A DNA stretch of 63,954 nt, filler included, from an uncultured Acidimicrobiia bacterium (GTDB lineage: Bacteria > Actinomycetota > Acidimicrobiia > Spongiisociales > JAOTWH01), in assembly GCA_964347285.1 (NCBI GenBank). It is 4 parts of 4 records of this genome, joined end to end, with 100 filler letters (N's around TTAATTAATTAA, not from the genome) between each part and the next. Parts side by side here need not be neighbours in the genome. Positions count along the whole stretch, not along the records: positions 17,155 to 34,083 come from CAYFYE010000057.1; positions 34,184 to 51,097 come from CAYFYE010000058.1; 2 more parts are not named here. The stretch is one strand, 5' to 3'. Of this stretch, positions 32,102 through 41,097 are shown one piece after another. The stretch's first letter is position 1; every line of letters starts with the position of its first letter. A program made the translations under genes and the position numbers. The notes under the pieces are model-generated. The model was given only the letters and a program-made list of their open reading frames with translations, had not been told where the DNA came from and did not search any database.

Positions 32102-33076
32102 TCAGGCCTCCAGCAGCACTTTGCCGATCGTCCGGCGAGCCTGGAGGGCTCGGTGCGCCTCCGCCGCCTCCGCCATCGGGAATCGAGCGCCGATGTGGAC
32201 GTCCAGCTCTCCACGGCCGATCCAAGTGAACAGATCCGACGACCGCCGCTCGAGCTCCTCTCTGTTGGTCACGTAGTCGGCCAGCGTCGGGCGGGTCAGG
32301 AAGATCGAGCCGAGGCGCATGAGCTGGAGTGGATCCACCGGCGGCGGAGGCCCGCTGGCGTTGCCATAGGTGACCATCATTCCGCGCCGGCGCAGCAGCT
32401 CCATGCTGCCTTCCAGTGTGTCGGCGCCGACGCCGTCGTATACGACCGAGAGCGCCTTGGGACCGGCGATCTCTTCGACCGCGTCTTTGAAGTCGTGCCG
32501 TCGATAGTCGATCACATGGTCGGCCCCTGCCCGGCGGGCCACCTCGGCCTTCTCCTCGGTCCCGACCGTGGCGAAGACCACCGCACCGAGCCTCTTGGCG
32601 ATCTGGACGAGCAAGTGCCCCACCCCGCCGGCGCCGGCATGGATCAGACACACATCTCCTTGGCTCAGGGGGAACGTGTCGAAGCACAGGTAGTGGGCGG
32701 TCAGGCCCTGGAGCATGGTGGCCGCCGCCACCTCCATCTCCACCCCCTCCGGCACCTCGATGACGTCATCGGCGGCGATGACCTTGTACTCGGCGTAGGA
32801 ACCCAGCGACCCCGACCAGGCCACCCGTGATCCCTCCTCCAGCCCGGACACGTCCGCGCCGAGCTCCTCGACGACCCCGGCCCCCTCGACCCCCAGCGTG
32901 AACGGATGCTCGAGGGGATAGAGCCCTTTCCGGTGGTAGACGTCGATGAAGTTGACCCCGGCGGCGGCCACCCGGATCAGCACCTCCCCCGTGCCCGGCT
33001 TGGGCACGTCGAGCGCCGTCCACTCCAAGACCTCCGCACCGCCGGGCCGGTTCACCCGAATTGCATGCATCGTCAT
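32102..33076 (-). CDS. qor: NADPH:quinone oxidoreductase (zeta-crystallin family)
   Basis: GVNFID, HAGAGGVG, YDGVG and GNASG. Confidence 0.92.
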   Translation of the reverse strand: MTMHAIRVNRPGGAEVLEWTALDVPKPGTGEVLIRVAAAGVNFIDVYHRKGLYPLEHPFTLGVEGAGVVEELGADVSGLEEGSRVAWSGSLGSYAEYKVIAADDVIEVPEGVEMEVAAATMLQGLTAHYLCFDTFPLSQGDVCLIHAGAGGVGHLLVQIAKRLGAVVFATVGTEEKAEVARRAGADHVIDYRRHDFKDAVEEIAGPKALSVVYDGVGADTLEGSMELLRRRGMMVTYGNASGPPPPVDPLQLMRLGSIFLTRPTLADYVTNREELERRSSDLFTWIGRGELDVHIGARFPMAEAAEAHRALQARRTIGKVLLEA

Positions 33077-33241
33077 ACGTCCTCCTCACGCCTGCGGCCG
33101 AGGTTACCGAGGCTGACACGGCCGGGCGGCCGGGCGCCGGTCGGAGGTGCCGGCGGGTGGCCACGGCGAGGCGGGAAAGCGCCCGAGCCCGGTTCGATCC
33201 CAAGCGGTAGATTCGGGCCGGTACCGGAGGGAGGAGCACAC

Positions 33242-33970
33242 ATGCAGTTCGTCCTCGTGCACGGAGCCTGGCACGAAGGCAGCGGCTGGAACGAGGTCAT
33301 CGACGAGCTGGAAGCCCTCGGACACCAAGCCACCGCCCCGACGATCGCCGGCAACGGGAAGGACGCCGACCGCCGCGACTACACCATGGCCGAGGCGGTC
33401 GATGCGGTGATCGACCAGATCCGCCACTCCGGCCTGACCGATTTCGTGCTGGTGGGGCACAGCTATGGGGGGTGCATCATCCAGCAGGTGGCCCAGGCCA
33501 TCCCCGACGACGTGCGCCGGATGGTGTTCTACAACGCCTTCGTGCTCTTCCACGGCCAGAGCATCACCGACGAAGAGCCACCCCTCTACGTCGAGCTGCT
33601 CGACTCCCTGGCGGCCGAATCCGACGACGACACGGCGCAACTGCCGTTTCCCATCTGGCGGGAGGCGTTCACCAACTCGGTCGACCTCGAGACCTCACAG
33701 CGCCTCTACGAACGCACCTCTCCCCAGCCGATGAAGCCGTTTCGCGAGAAGCTGGACCTGCAGCGGTTCTACGAGCTCGAGATCCCCCGCTCCTACCTCA
33801 ACTGCCTCGACGACATCGCCCTCCCCCCGGGTCCGGAGTGGGGCTGGCACCCCAAGTTCTCGCAGCGCCTCGGTCTCTACCGCCTCGTCCAGATGCCCGG
33901 CGACCACGAGGCGTTGTTCACCAACCCCGTCGGTCTCGCCGCCAAGCTGGTCGAAGCGGGCCGGGACTAG
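33242..33970 (+). CDS. Alpha/beta hydrolase (methylesterase/salicylate esterase-like)
   Basis: FVLVHGAWH, GHSYGG and PGDHE. GGAGG RBS. Confidence 0.88.
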   Translation: MQFVLVHGAWHEGSGWNEVIDELEALGHQATAPTIAGNGKDADRRDYTMAEAVDAVIDQIRHSGLTDFVLVGHSYGGCIIQQVAQAIPDDVRRMVFYNAFVLFHGQSITDEEPPLYVELLDSLAAESDDDTAQLPFPIWREAFTNSVDLETSQRLYERTSPQPMKPFREKLDLQRFYELEIPRSYLNCLDDIALPPGPEWGWHPKFSQRLGLYRLVQMPGDHEALFTNPVGLAAKLVEAGRD

Positions 33971-34083
33971 GAACCGGAGGAACGGCCTCCCGAGCACGAT
34001 CCCTCGCGGCGGGAAATGAGCAGGTCTCCGCTCGGCGCGTGGACCCAGCGCTCGAAGCGGCCGGCTCGTCAACCCGCCGCCGG

Positions 34084-34183
34084 NNNNNNNNNNNNNNNNN
34101 NNNNNNNNNNNNNNNNNNNNNNNNNNNTTAATTAATTAANNNNNNNNNNNNNNNNNNNNNNNNNNNNNNNNNNNNNNNNNNNN
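34084..34183. other. Artificial contig-join spacer
   Basis: N/TTAATTAATTAA/N, 100 nt. Confidence 0.99.
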
Positions 34184-34256
34184 GCCCGTATCTCTCAGTT
34201 TAGGACTGTGACAGCGCAGAGTGGTAATGAGCCGAGGTAGGAGAGCCTCCGGCAAC

Positions 34257-35279
34257 CTATCGCTGCCACGTAGGGCGCGAATCAAGCGGAAAGGCCGGCT
34301 TGGAGGAGCGGTCCGATCGGGCCCTCCCCAGCTGGTGTCGAAACCACTCTGCGGTGCGATTCAGACCCTCGCGCAGTGGCACCGAGGGTTCCCATCCCAG
34401 ACCCGAGCGGGCCAAGGAGATGTCGGGGCGGCGGGCGGTCGGGTCGTCGACCGGCCGGCGATGGAACTCGACTCCGGGGTAGTTGCCGACCACGTCCTGG
34501 ATCAGCTCGGCAAGCTCGAGGATGGTCAACTCGTCGGGGTTGCCCAGATTGACCGGACCGGCAAGGTCCGAGAGGAGGAGTCGGACCAGGCCGTCGATGA
34601 GGTCGGTGACGTAGCACAGGGAGCGGGTCTGAGCGCCGTCGCCGTGAACGGGTAGGGGACGATCCTCGATGGCCGCAGAGAGGAAGGCTGGAACGGCCCG
34701 TCCGTCGTCGAGGCGCATGCGAGGGCCATAGGTGTTGAAGATGCGGGCCACCGCCACGTCCATCCCGTACGAGCGCTGATAGGCAAAGGTGAGGGCCTCC
34801 CCGTACCGCTTGGCCTCGTCGTACACCGAACGGGGTCCGATCGGATTGACCCGTCCCCAGTAGCTCTCGGGTTGGGGATGGACCTCGGGGTCTCCGTAGA
34901 CCTCGCTGGTCGAGGCCTGGAGGAATCTGACTCCGGAGTCCCGGGCCAGCTCCAGGGCGGCCTCGGTCCCCCGGGCTCCGGTGCGCAGCGTCTCCAGGGG
35001 AAGGTTCAGGTAATCGATCGGGGAGGCCGGCGATGCCAGGTTGAGGACGTAGTCGACCTCGCCGACGGAGGGGAGGCCGGAGGCGATGTCTGCTTCCATC
35101 AATTCGAAGCGGTCCGGATCGAGACCGGCCACGTTGTCGTTGGTGCCGGTAACCAGGTTGTCGATTGCGGTGACGCGGGCGCCGAGTCCGATGAGACGCT
35201 CACTGAGATGGGAGCCGAGAAAGCCGGCCCCGCCCAGCACCACGGCATGGCGTCCGTCCAGGGTTGGGATCTCGCTCAC
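34257..35279 (-). CDS. UDP-glucuronate decarboxylase (UXS) family protein
   Basis: [41 protein letters not shown] and [10 protein letters not shown]. Confidence 0.9.
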   Translation of the reverse strand: MSEIPTLDGRHAVVLGGAGFLGSHLSERLIGLGARVTAIDNLVTGTNDNVAGLDPDRFELMEADIASGLPSVGEVDYVLNLASPASPIDYLNLPLETLRTGARGTEAALELARDSGVRFLQASTSEVYGDPEVHPQPESYWGRVNPIGPRSVYDEAKRYGEALTFAYQRSYGMDVAVARIFNTYGPRMRLDDGRAVPAFLSAAIEDRPLPVHGDGAQTRSLCYVTDLIDGLVRLLLSDLAGPVNLGNPDELTILELAELIQDVVGNYPGVEFHRRPVDDPTARRPDISLARSGLGWEPSVPLREGLNRTAEWFRHQLGRARSDRSSKPAFPLDSRPTWQR

Positions 35280-36256
35280 CCGGCCTTTCCCCGCCCTTGG
35301 TGCCAGCGGTGGGCGGTGCTCACGATCATTTCCAGATCGGAATGGGTCGGCTTCCAGGCCAACAGCTCGGTGGCTCGAGAGGGGTCGGCGACCAACTCGG
35401 GGGGGTCACCGTACCGGCGCTCCCGCTCGCGGGCAGGTACCGGTGCGCCGGCGGCCTCCTCCACGGCGGCGATGACCTCGCGGACCGAGTAGCCCCGCCC
35501 GGTGCCCAGATTGACGGCCTCGCTGGCACCTCCGGCGGCCAGGTGCTCCAGGGCGGCCACGTGGGCTGCGGCGAGATCGGACACATGGATGTAGTCGCGG
35601 ATCGGCGTGCCGTCGGGGGTGGGATAGTCGGTGCCGTAGATCTCCAGTTCGGGGAAGCGACCCGAAGCGGCGCCGATGGCCCTGGGGATGAGGTGGGGCT
35701 CGGGGTCGTGCTGTTCGCCGAGCTCGCCGTCGGGATCGGCCCCGGCGGCGTTGAAGTAGCGGAGGCCCATCCAGGGCAGTCCGATCAATCGGCCGTACCA
35801 GCCCAGGACCTTTTCGACGAACAGTTTTGCCTCGCCGTAGGGGCTGACTGGTGCTTTGGGGGCATTCTCCGCGATCGGCACGATCTTGGGCTCACCGTAT
35901 ACGGCGCAGGTGGAGGAGAGGACAAACGGTATCGGTCCGGCCTCGAGGACGGCCTCCAGAAGGGTGAGTGAGTTGGCGACGTTGTTGTGGAAGTAGCGGG
36001 CCGGGTCGGCCATCGATTCGCCCACGTAGGCGTCGGCGGCAAAGTGGATCACGGCCTCGGGCCGGTGCTCGCCGAACACCCGGCCCAGCCGCGAGGCGTC
36101 GCCGACGTTCCCTTCGATCAGGGGTCCCCAGCGGACCGCCCACCTCGTGTCGTGGCGGAGATCGTCGAGCACCAACGGCTCATGGCCTCCATTGGACAGG
36201 GCCTTGGCCGTGTGGCTTCCGATGTACCCGGCCCCGCCCGTTACCAGCACCCGCAC
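35276..36256 (-). CDS. galE: UDP-sugar 4-epimerase (GalE/Uxe-like)
   Basis: [30 protein letters not shown] and RDYIHV. Confidence 0.88.
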   Translation of the reverse strand: MRVLVTGGAGYIGSHTAKALSNGGHEPLVLDDLRHDTRWAVRWGPLIEGNVGDASRLGRVFGEHRPEAVIHFAADAYVGESMADPARYFHNNVANSLTLLEAVLEAGPIPFVLSSTCAVYGEPKIVPIAENAPKAPVSPYGEAKLFVEKVLGWYGRLIGLPWMGLRYFNAAGADPDGELGEQHDPEPHLIPRAIGAASGRFPELEIYGTDYPTPDGTPIRDYIHVSDLAAAHVAALEHLAAGGASEAVNLGTGRGYSVREVIAAVEEAAGAPVPARERERRYGDPPELVADPSRATELLAWKPTHSDLEMIVSTAHRWHQGRGKAG

Positions 36257-36299
36257 CAGCCCGCTCCTACTTGATTGCCACCCTCCGTGGTCACCCAGA

Positions 36300-37247
36300 T
36301 TAGCGCAATTCTTTCGACCCCGGGACGATCGACAGTGGCAAGTCGATGGGCAGGTGGAAGCCGGGGGACAGGGTCGGGGCCCGCCGTACTGCATTGACCA
36401 CCTGAGCGGTGGTGCCCTCGTCGCCGTGATACCCGCCGGGGATCTCGACCCGCACCTCGGGGAGGCCGTGCACCACGACGGCATCTCCGGGGCGGTCCAC
36501 CCCCCAGGCCATCGTCAGGTCGTAGGCGAGCTGCTCGCCGGCGGCGGTCCGCAGCCGGACCGTCTGATGCTGGCCGTCGACAGAGCCGTCGGCGGCGATC
36601 ACCGGCTCGATGGATTCATCGATCTCGGTGGGCTCCCAACCGAGGCCGGCGGCCAGCAGCCTGGCGCTCACCGCCAGCCCGACGTGGCCGATCGTGCCCT
36701 TGCCGGCCCGCCGCCGGAATTCGTCCTCGCTGAGGCCCCGGCCGCTCTTCGCCACCAGCGGGCCCCGCCGGGTAGCGGTGTCCACCCGCCGGCTCACCTC
36801 CACCGCCGTGACTCGACGGCTGGCGGTGGCCACCGCCAGGGCGAATCGATCCATGACGAACCCAGGATTGGCCCCGGTGGCGATCACCGTGCGCTCGGCC
36901 CGCCGGGCGGCATCGCCGAGCCGGCTCCGCCACGGGCTCCCGGGGTCGGACAGTTCCTCGCAGGTGGTGACGCAGTGATAGCCCCGGCCCAACAGTTGCT
37001 CGATGGCAGGGCCGGTGGCTCCGGCCCGAGAGGAGAAAGCGACCACTGCCCAGGCCCCCTCGTGGGCCACCGGCAGCCCCCCGGCACTGGCATGGCCGGT
37101 ACAGGCGAACTCCTCCTCGGCGGCCACCCGGGCGTCCTCGTTGGGATCGGCCACCCCCGACACCGCCGCCGCAACGTGATCGTCGAGAAGGGCGCGGACG
37201 GCAGCCCGACCGATGGGTCCGGCCCCGACCAGGGCGACGGTGCTCAT
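36300..37247 (-). CDS. DapB-like / 2,4-diaminopentanoate dehydrogenase-like (amine dehydrogenase family) oxidoreductase
   Basis: GAGPIG, TTCEELS, GANPGFVMD, GHVGL and GD.GT. Confidence 0.8.
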   Translation of the reverse strand: MSTVALVGAGPIGRAAVRALLDDHVAAAVSGVADPNEDARVAAEEEFACTGHASAGGLPVAHEGAWAVVAFSSRAGATGPAIEQLLGRGYHCVTTCEELSDPGSPWRSRLGDAARRAERTVIATGANPGFVMDRFALAVATASRRVTAVEVSRRVDTATRRGPLVAKSGRGLSEDEFRRRAGKGTIGHVGLAVSARLLAAGLGWEPTEIDESIEPVIAADGSVDGQHQTVRLRTAAGEQLAYDLTMAWGVDRPGDAVVVHGLPEVRVEIPGGYHGDEGTTAQVVNAVRRAPTLSPGFHLPIDLPLSIVPGSKELR

Positions 37248-37341
37248 GGATATCTCCTCTCCGGAGGCGAACTCGAGCGGCAAGCTAGCGGCGCTGGGAC
37301 GGGCGGGCCCAGGCCCCGGCCACGAGTCCACAGCGAACGGG

Positions 37342-37385
37342 ATTGTCGCCCACTCGCGGGCAGCGCCGCCAGGGTCCAAGGTCCC
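37342..37385 (-). promoter_or_regulatory. DosR/DevR-like box and -10
   Basis: GGGACCTTGGACCC palindrome (37372-85), centred 31.5 bp upstream of GACAAT (37342-47). Confidence 0.45.
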
Positions 37386-37439
37386 AAGAAGAACCGGCGC
37401 CGGGGGGCGCCGGTTCGGGAAGGTCCGCCGGGGACCTCC

Positions 37440-37667
37440 TCAGGCGTGCAACGTGCGAGGCCGGCAGGTCGGGGAAGAGGCGTCGCCGGGCCCGGGAAGG
37501 ACCCGCAGGCCCAGATCGACCAGGCGACGCCCGACGGCCAGGCGGAACCAGACCAGGCCCGCCGGACCCTCGGCCGGCCGCCTGGCCAGGCGGTGCCGAG
37601 CGGCCAGCTCTTGCTTTTCGTGGGTGAGGACTCGCGCCAGTTCCAACCCTAGGAATGTGTACGTCAT
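37440..37667 (-). CDS. Small hypothetical protein (75 aa) coupled to the ArsR-type gene
   Basis: AGGAGG RBS, and ATG immediately after the regulator stop. Arg-rich R...GRRLV.LG.R pattern. Confidence 0.65.
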   Translation of the reverse strand: MTYTFLGLELARVLTHEKQELAARHRLARRPAEGPAGLVWFRLAVGRRLVDLGLRVLPGPGDASSPTCRPRTLHA

Positions 37668-37668
37668 C

Positions 37669-38760
37669 TCATGCCTCCTGTGAAGCAGCTGTCGGCGTCG
37701 GGGCCAGGTAGGCCTCCAGCAGCCGGCTCGCCTGCGGTACCACGTCGGTGCGCAGGCTGTATTCCTTGTCCCGGCCCAAGGTGACCCGGACCAGGCCCGC
37801 CGCCCGTAGCAGACCGAGGTGGTGATGCACGGTCGGCTTGGACAGCTCGAGCCGCTCGGCCAGCTCGCCGAGTCCGGCATCGCCCTCGGCCAGAATGCCG
37901 AGGATGCGGAGTCGACGCTCGTCCCCTAGGGCCTTGTACAGCTTGACCAGCCACTGGGGAGGAGCGTCGGGATCGGAGGCCATCAGCTCGTCCGATACCG
38001 AGTAACAGAAGATTCGCATCGTCCCGTACTCGCTGATGACGTTCCAGGGCCTGATTACCACGCTGGGGATGAGCAGGACCCCGCCGGCAGGCTGCACCTC
38101 GAGCGTGAGGCCGTTGGTGGCCATCTCGACCATCTCCCGGGCCGGGAGAGTGGCGGCCAGCGCCTTCTTCTCGGCGGCGTCGCGAGCCAGCAGCTCGGTC
38201 ACCTCGTCCGCTTCCACGAAGACCTCGGCGGCGAAGCGCCGCAGCACATCGACGAGGGTGGCCCTGGTCCGCTCCGGTTCCATGGCCAGCAGGTGCCGTA
38301 AGCCGTCGTGTTTGAGAGCATCGAGCACCCCGTCGCTCAGTTGGGCGACGACCACCTGGTCTCCGCCGGCGGCGGCGGCAACGGTGTCTTCGTCGGGCCG
38401 CTCCTCGGGGTCCAGCCACGCCGAGGTCAACAGGTGGGCCCGCAGCTTGGTGGGATCCGCGGCGGCTACGTAGTCGGTAAACGCGTCGATGGTTCGGGTC
38501 GAAGCCTCGTAGGCGAGCGATACCAGCGCCAGCCACACCTCGGGGCTGTTGCCGAGGGCCTCCAGATCCCTGGCAAGGGTACGAGAGGCCCGTTCCCGAG
38601 CCGCTTCTGCCCAGGCATCGCCGATCTCGTACTCCTCGCAGCGCTCCTGGTCGGTGACCACGAAGAGCCGCAGCAGGAGCTCGTAGACGGGGGAGTGGTC
38701 GATCACCACGTCGAGGCGGCGCTCTCCTGTGGTGAAGTCTCGGACCTTGGGAGCCGTCAT
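37669..38760 (-). CDS. ArsR-family regulator with a large N-terminal domain and C-terminal wHTH
   Basis: C-terminal KALGDERRLRIL...LSKPTVHHHL..LRAAGLV. Confidence 0.88.
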   Translation of the reverse strand: MTAPKVRDFTTGERRLDVVIDHSPVYELLLRLFVVTDQERCEEYEIGDAWAEAARERASRTLARDLEALGNSPEVWLALVSLAYEASTRTIDAFTDYVAAADPTKLRAHLLTSAWLDPEERPDEDTVAAAAGGDQVVVAQLSDGVLDALKHDGLRHLLAMEPERTRATLVDVLRRFAAEVFVEADEVTELLARDAAEKKALAATLPAREMVEMATNGLTLEVQPAGGVLLIPSVVIRPWNVISEYGTMRIFCYSVSDELMASDPDAPPQWLVKLYKALGDERRLRILGILAEGDAGLGELAERLELSKPTVHHHLGLLRAAGLVRVTLGRDKEYSLRTDVVPQASRLLEAYLAPTPTAASQEA

Positions 38761-38773
38761 CTCGATTCCTTTG

Positions 38774-38817
38774 TTCGATCTATTTCGAATGATACGCCTA
38801 TCTTCAAAGAGTGTCAA
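38774..38817 (-). promoter_or_regulatory. Sigma70 promoter of the ArsR-type gene with a palindromic operator
   Basis: TTGACA(38817-12)-N17-TATCAT(38794-89). TTCGA-N6-TCGAA (38774-89) covers the expected start site. Confidence 0.75.
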
Positions 38818-38963
38818 GTCTGTTTTATCATTCCAGGTAACTGCAAAACCATGAGGAGGCTCGAAGAGTGAAGAAATCTCGAACAGACGTCGGGGAATGC
38901 TGGTTTCGGAACACGAGGGGGGCAAAGGCCGGAGCGGTGTCGCGAGGCCGATAACCTGGCCCG

Positions 38964-39434
38964 ATGCGTATCTCCTTCGGCATCGCCGCCGTGGTGCTCC
39001 TGGCCGCCGCCTGCGGGGACACCGCCTCGACCACGACCGAGCGTGCCGCGCCGACGGCTCCCGATACCACACCGGCCCCGACTGCGACCGAGGCACCGCT
39101 CCAAACCGTGCCGCCCGGCTCGCCCACCACCGCCTCTCCCACCACCGCCGCCCCCACCACGGTGGCCGAGGGAGTGGTGGAGATCGACGCGACCGTCTAC
39201 GAGGGCCAGGTGGACGCAGGTGGACGGGTGGAGGTGAGGGTGGGCGACCTGGTGGTCCTCAGGGTCACCTCCGACGTCGCCGATGAGGTGCACGTCCACG
39301 GCTACGACCTGTTTGCCGACGTGGGTGCCGGCGGCACCGCCTTGCTCGAGTTCAGCGCCGACATCCCAGGCATCTTCGAGGTGGAGCTGGAGGGAGCCGG
39401 CCTCGAGCTGCTCGAGCTGGTCGTCGAGCCGTGA
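38964..39434 (+). CDS. Lipoprotein with a C-terminal cupredoxin-like domain
   Basis: LAAAC lipobox, Thr/Pro linker and V.LRVTSD..DEVHVHGYD...PGIFEVELE. Confidence 0.8.
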   Translation: MRISFGIAAVVLLAAACGDTASTTTERAAPTAPDTTPAPTATEAPLQTVPPGSPTTASPTTAAPTTVAEGVVEIDATVYEGQVDAGGRVEVRVGDLVVLRVTSDVADEVHVHGYDLFADVGAGGTALLEFSADIPGIFEVELEGAGLELLELVVEP

Positions 39435-40783
39435 CGGCGCTGCGCCGTCTCGCCGTCGTGGTGTTGACGGCGGCGCTGCCCGTTGCTCTGCCGGCGGCCG
39501 CCTCCGCCCACGGCATCGGCGGCCGGGGCGACCTACCGGTGCCCGTCGAGTATTTCGTGGTGGGCGCCGGGGTGGTGCTGGCCGCCTCGTTCGCGGCGCT
39601 GGCGGTGCTGTGGCCCGAACCTCGCCTTCAGGACGGGCCCCGGGTCCGGATCCTGGCGATCCCCGGAGCCCGGGTCTTCGGATGGGTGCTGGCCGGGACG
39701 GGGCTGGTGGGCCTGGCGCTGGTGATCTCGGCCGGGCTGTTCGGCGACGAGCGCCGCAGCAATGCCGCTCCGGTGCTGGTGTGGGTCTACTTCTGGCTGG
39801 TGATCCCGTTCCTGGCGGTGGTCCTGGGCGACCTCTGGAGATCGATCAATCCATGGCGAACGATCTCCCGAGCGGCCGGGATCGGGGAGGAGGAGAGGGG
39901 TGGGTGGGTCACCCGCCTCGGGGTGTGGCCGGCCACGGTCGCCTTCGTGGCCTTCACCTGGCTGGAGCTGGTGTGGAGGGATCCGGCCCGGCCCAACGTG
40001 ATCTCGGCGGCGGCTCTGGTGTACACGGTGTACGTGATCGGCTTCATGGCGGTGGCGGGCCGCGAGCGGGGTCTGGTGGCCGGCGAGGCCTTCACTACCT
40101 ACATCGGCCTATTCGGCTCGATCGCCCCCATCGATCGGGACGACGACGGGCGAGTTCTGTGGAGAGGTTGGCTGCGAGCCCTCCCGTCGGTCACCCAACG
40201 ACCCGGTTTGGCGTTGTTCGTGCTGGCCATGTTGGGGACGGTCACCTACGACGGCCTGTCCAATACCGAATGGTGGGAAGAGCGGGTGGGTTCACTGGCC
40301 AACGAGGAATGGTTCGGCACCGTCGCCCTGGTGGGGTCGATCGCCGTCCTGGGCGCGGGTTACCTGACCGCCTCGTGGGCGGCCCGGCGCATCGGAGGGG
40401 GAGACCTGACTCTGGCGGCGGTGGCCCGCAGCTTCGCCCACACCCTGGTCCCCATCGCCCTGGCCTACGCGGTCGCCCACTACTTCACCCTGGTGATCTT
40501 CGAAGGCCAGCTGTTGTTTGCCGCCGTCAGCGATCCGCTCGGCCTGGGATGGGATCTGTTCGGGACCGCCGATTGGCGGATCAGCTTCTGGCTGTCGCCT
40601 ACCGCCATCTGGTACGTGCAGGTGGGGGCGATCGTGGCCGGGCACGTGGTTGCAGTCGTGCTGGCCCATGATCGAGCCCTGGCCCTCTTTCCCCGGGCCC
40701 GGGCGGTGCGGAGCCAGTACGCCATGTTGGCGCTCATGGTGGCACTGACCGGGCTCGGCCTGGTGCTGCTCTCGGCGGGATGA
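39431..40783 (+). CDS. Polytopic membrane protein with signal peptide ('fenitrothion hydrolase'-annotated family)
   Basis: ASA-HG...DLPVP, NPWR, WLEL, TYDG, LVPIALAY.VAHY, SDPLG.GW and GHV.AV.LAH. Confidence 0.8.
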   Translation: MTALRRLAVVVLTAALPVALPAAASAHGIGGRGDLPVPVEYFVVGAGVVLAASFAALAVLWPEPRLQDGPRVRILAIPGARVFGWVLAGTGLVGLALVISAGLFGDERRSNAAPVLVWVYFWLVIPFLAVVLGDLWRSINPWRTISRAAGIGEEERGGWVTRLGVWPATVAFVAFTWLELVWRDPARPNVISAAALVYTVYVIGFMAVAGRERGLVAGEAFTTYIGLFGSIAPIDRDDDGRVLWRGWLRALPSVTQRPGLALFVLAMLGTVTYDGLSNTEWWEERVGSLANEEWFGTVALVGSIAVLGAGYLTASWAARRIGGGDLTLAAVARSFAHTLVPIALAYAVAHYFTLVIFEGQLLFAAVSDPLGLGWDLFGTADWRISFWLSPTAIWYVQVGAIVAGHVVAVVLAHDRALALFPRARAVRSQYAMLALMVALTGLGLVLLSAG

Positions 40784-40974
40784 GGGTGCCGTCGCCCCTG
40801 GTGGTGGCCCATCAGTGGGGCTGGGACGAACTCCTCTATTTCGCCATCCCGGTCGGCATCGGCCTGTGGCTCATTCGCCTCGCCGAACGGCGGGCCCGGC
40901 GCCGTCACCTCAGGGAAGAAGGGGAATCACCCAAAACAGAGGGCGGGGAGTCCCCACGAAAGAGGAACCCGTAG
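40780..40974 (+). CDS. Small membrane protein
   Basis: ATGA overlap, AHQWGWDE, one TM helix and a basic tail. Confidence 0.6.
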   Translation: MRVPSPLVVAHQWGWDELLYFAIPVGIGLWLIRLAERRARRRHLREEGESPKTEGGESPRKRNP

Positions 40975-41090
40975 GGCAAGCGCTTCTCCGCCGGCATTAC
41001 CCGGAAGAGTGGGTCCGGTCATCGACTCCTACAGCCGAACTCTCAGCCGGGAAGTCACCCAGCTCCCGGGGTTCGCCCCACAGGTTCCTC
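40958..41090 (-). ncRNA. Stand-alone structured RNA containing a variant TPP-riboswitch-like aptamer
   Basis: CGGGAGC-P3-GCUGAGAG-stem-GACCG...CUC-UU-CCGG GUAAUG CCGG-CG-GAG, enclosed by an 18-bp stem (41073-41090 with 40962-40979). Confidence 0.8.
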
Positions 41091-41097
41091 AACGAGC

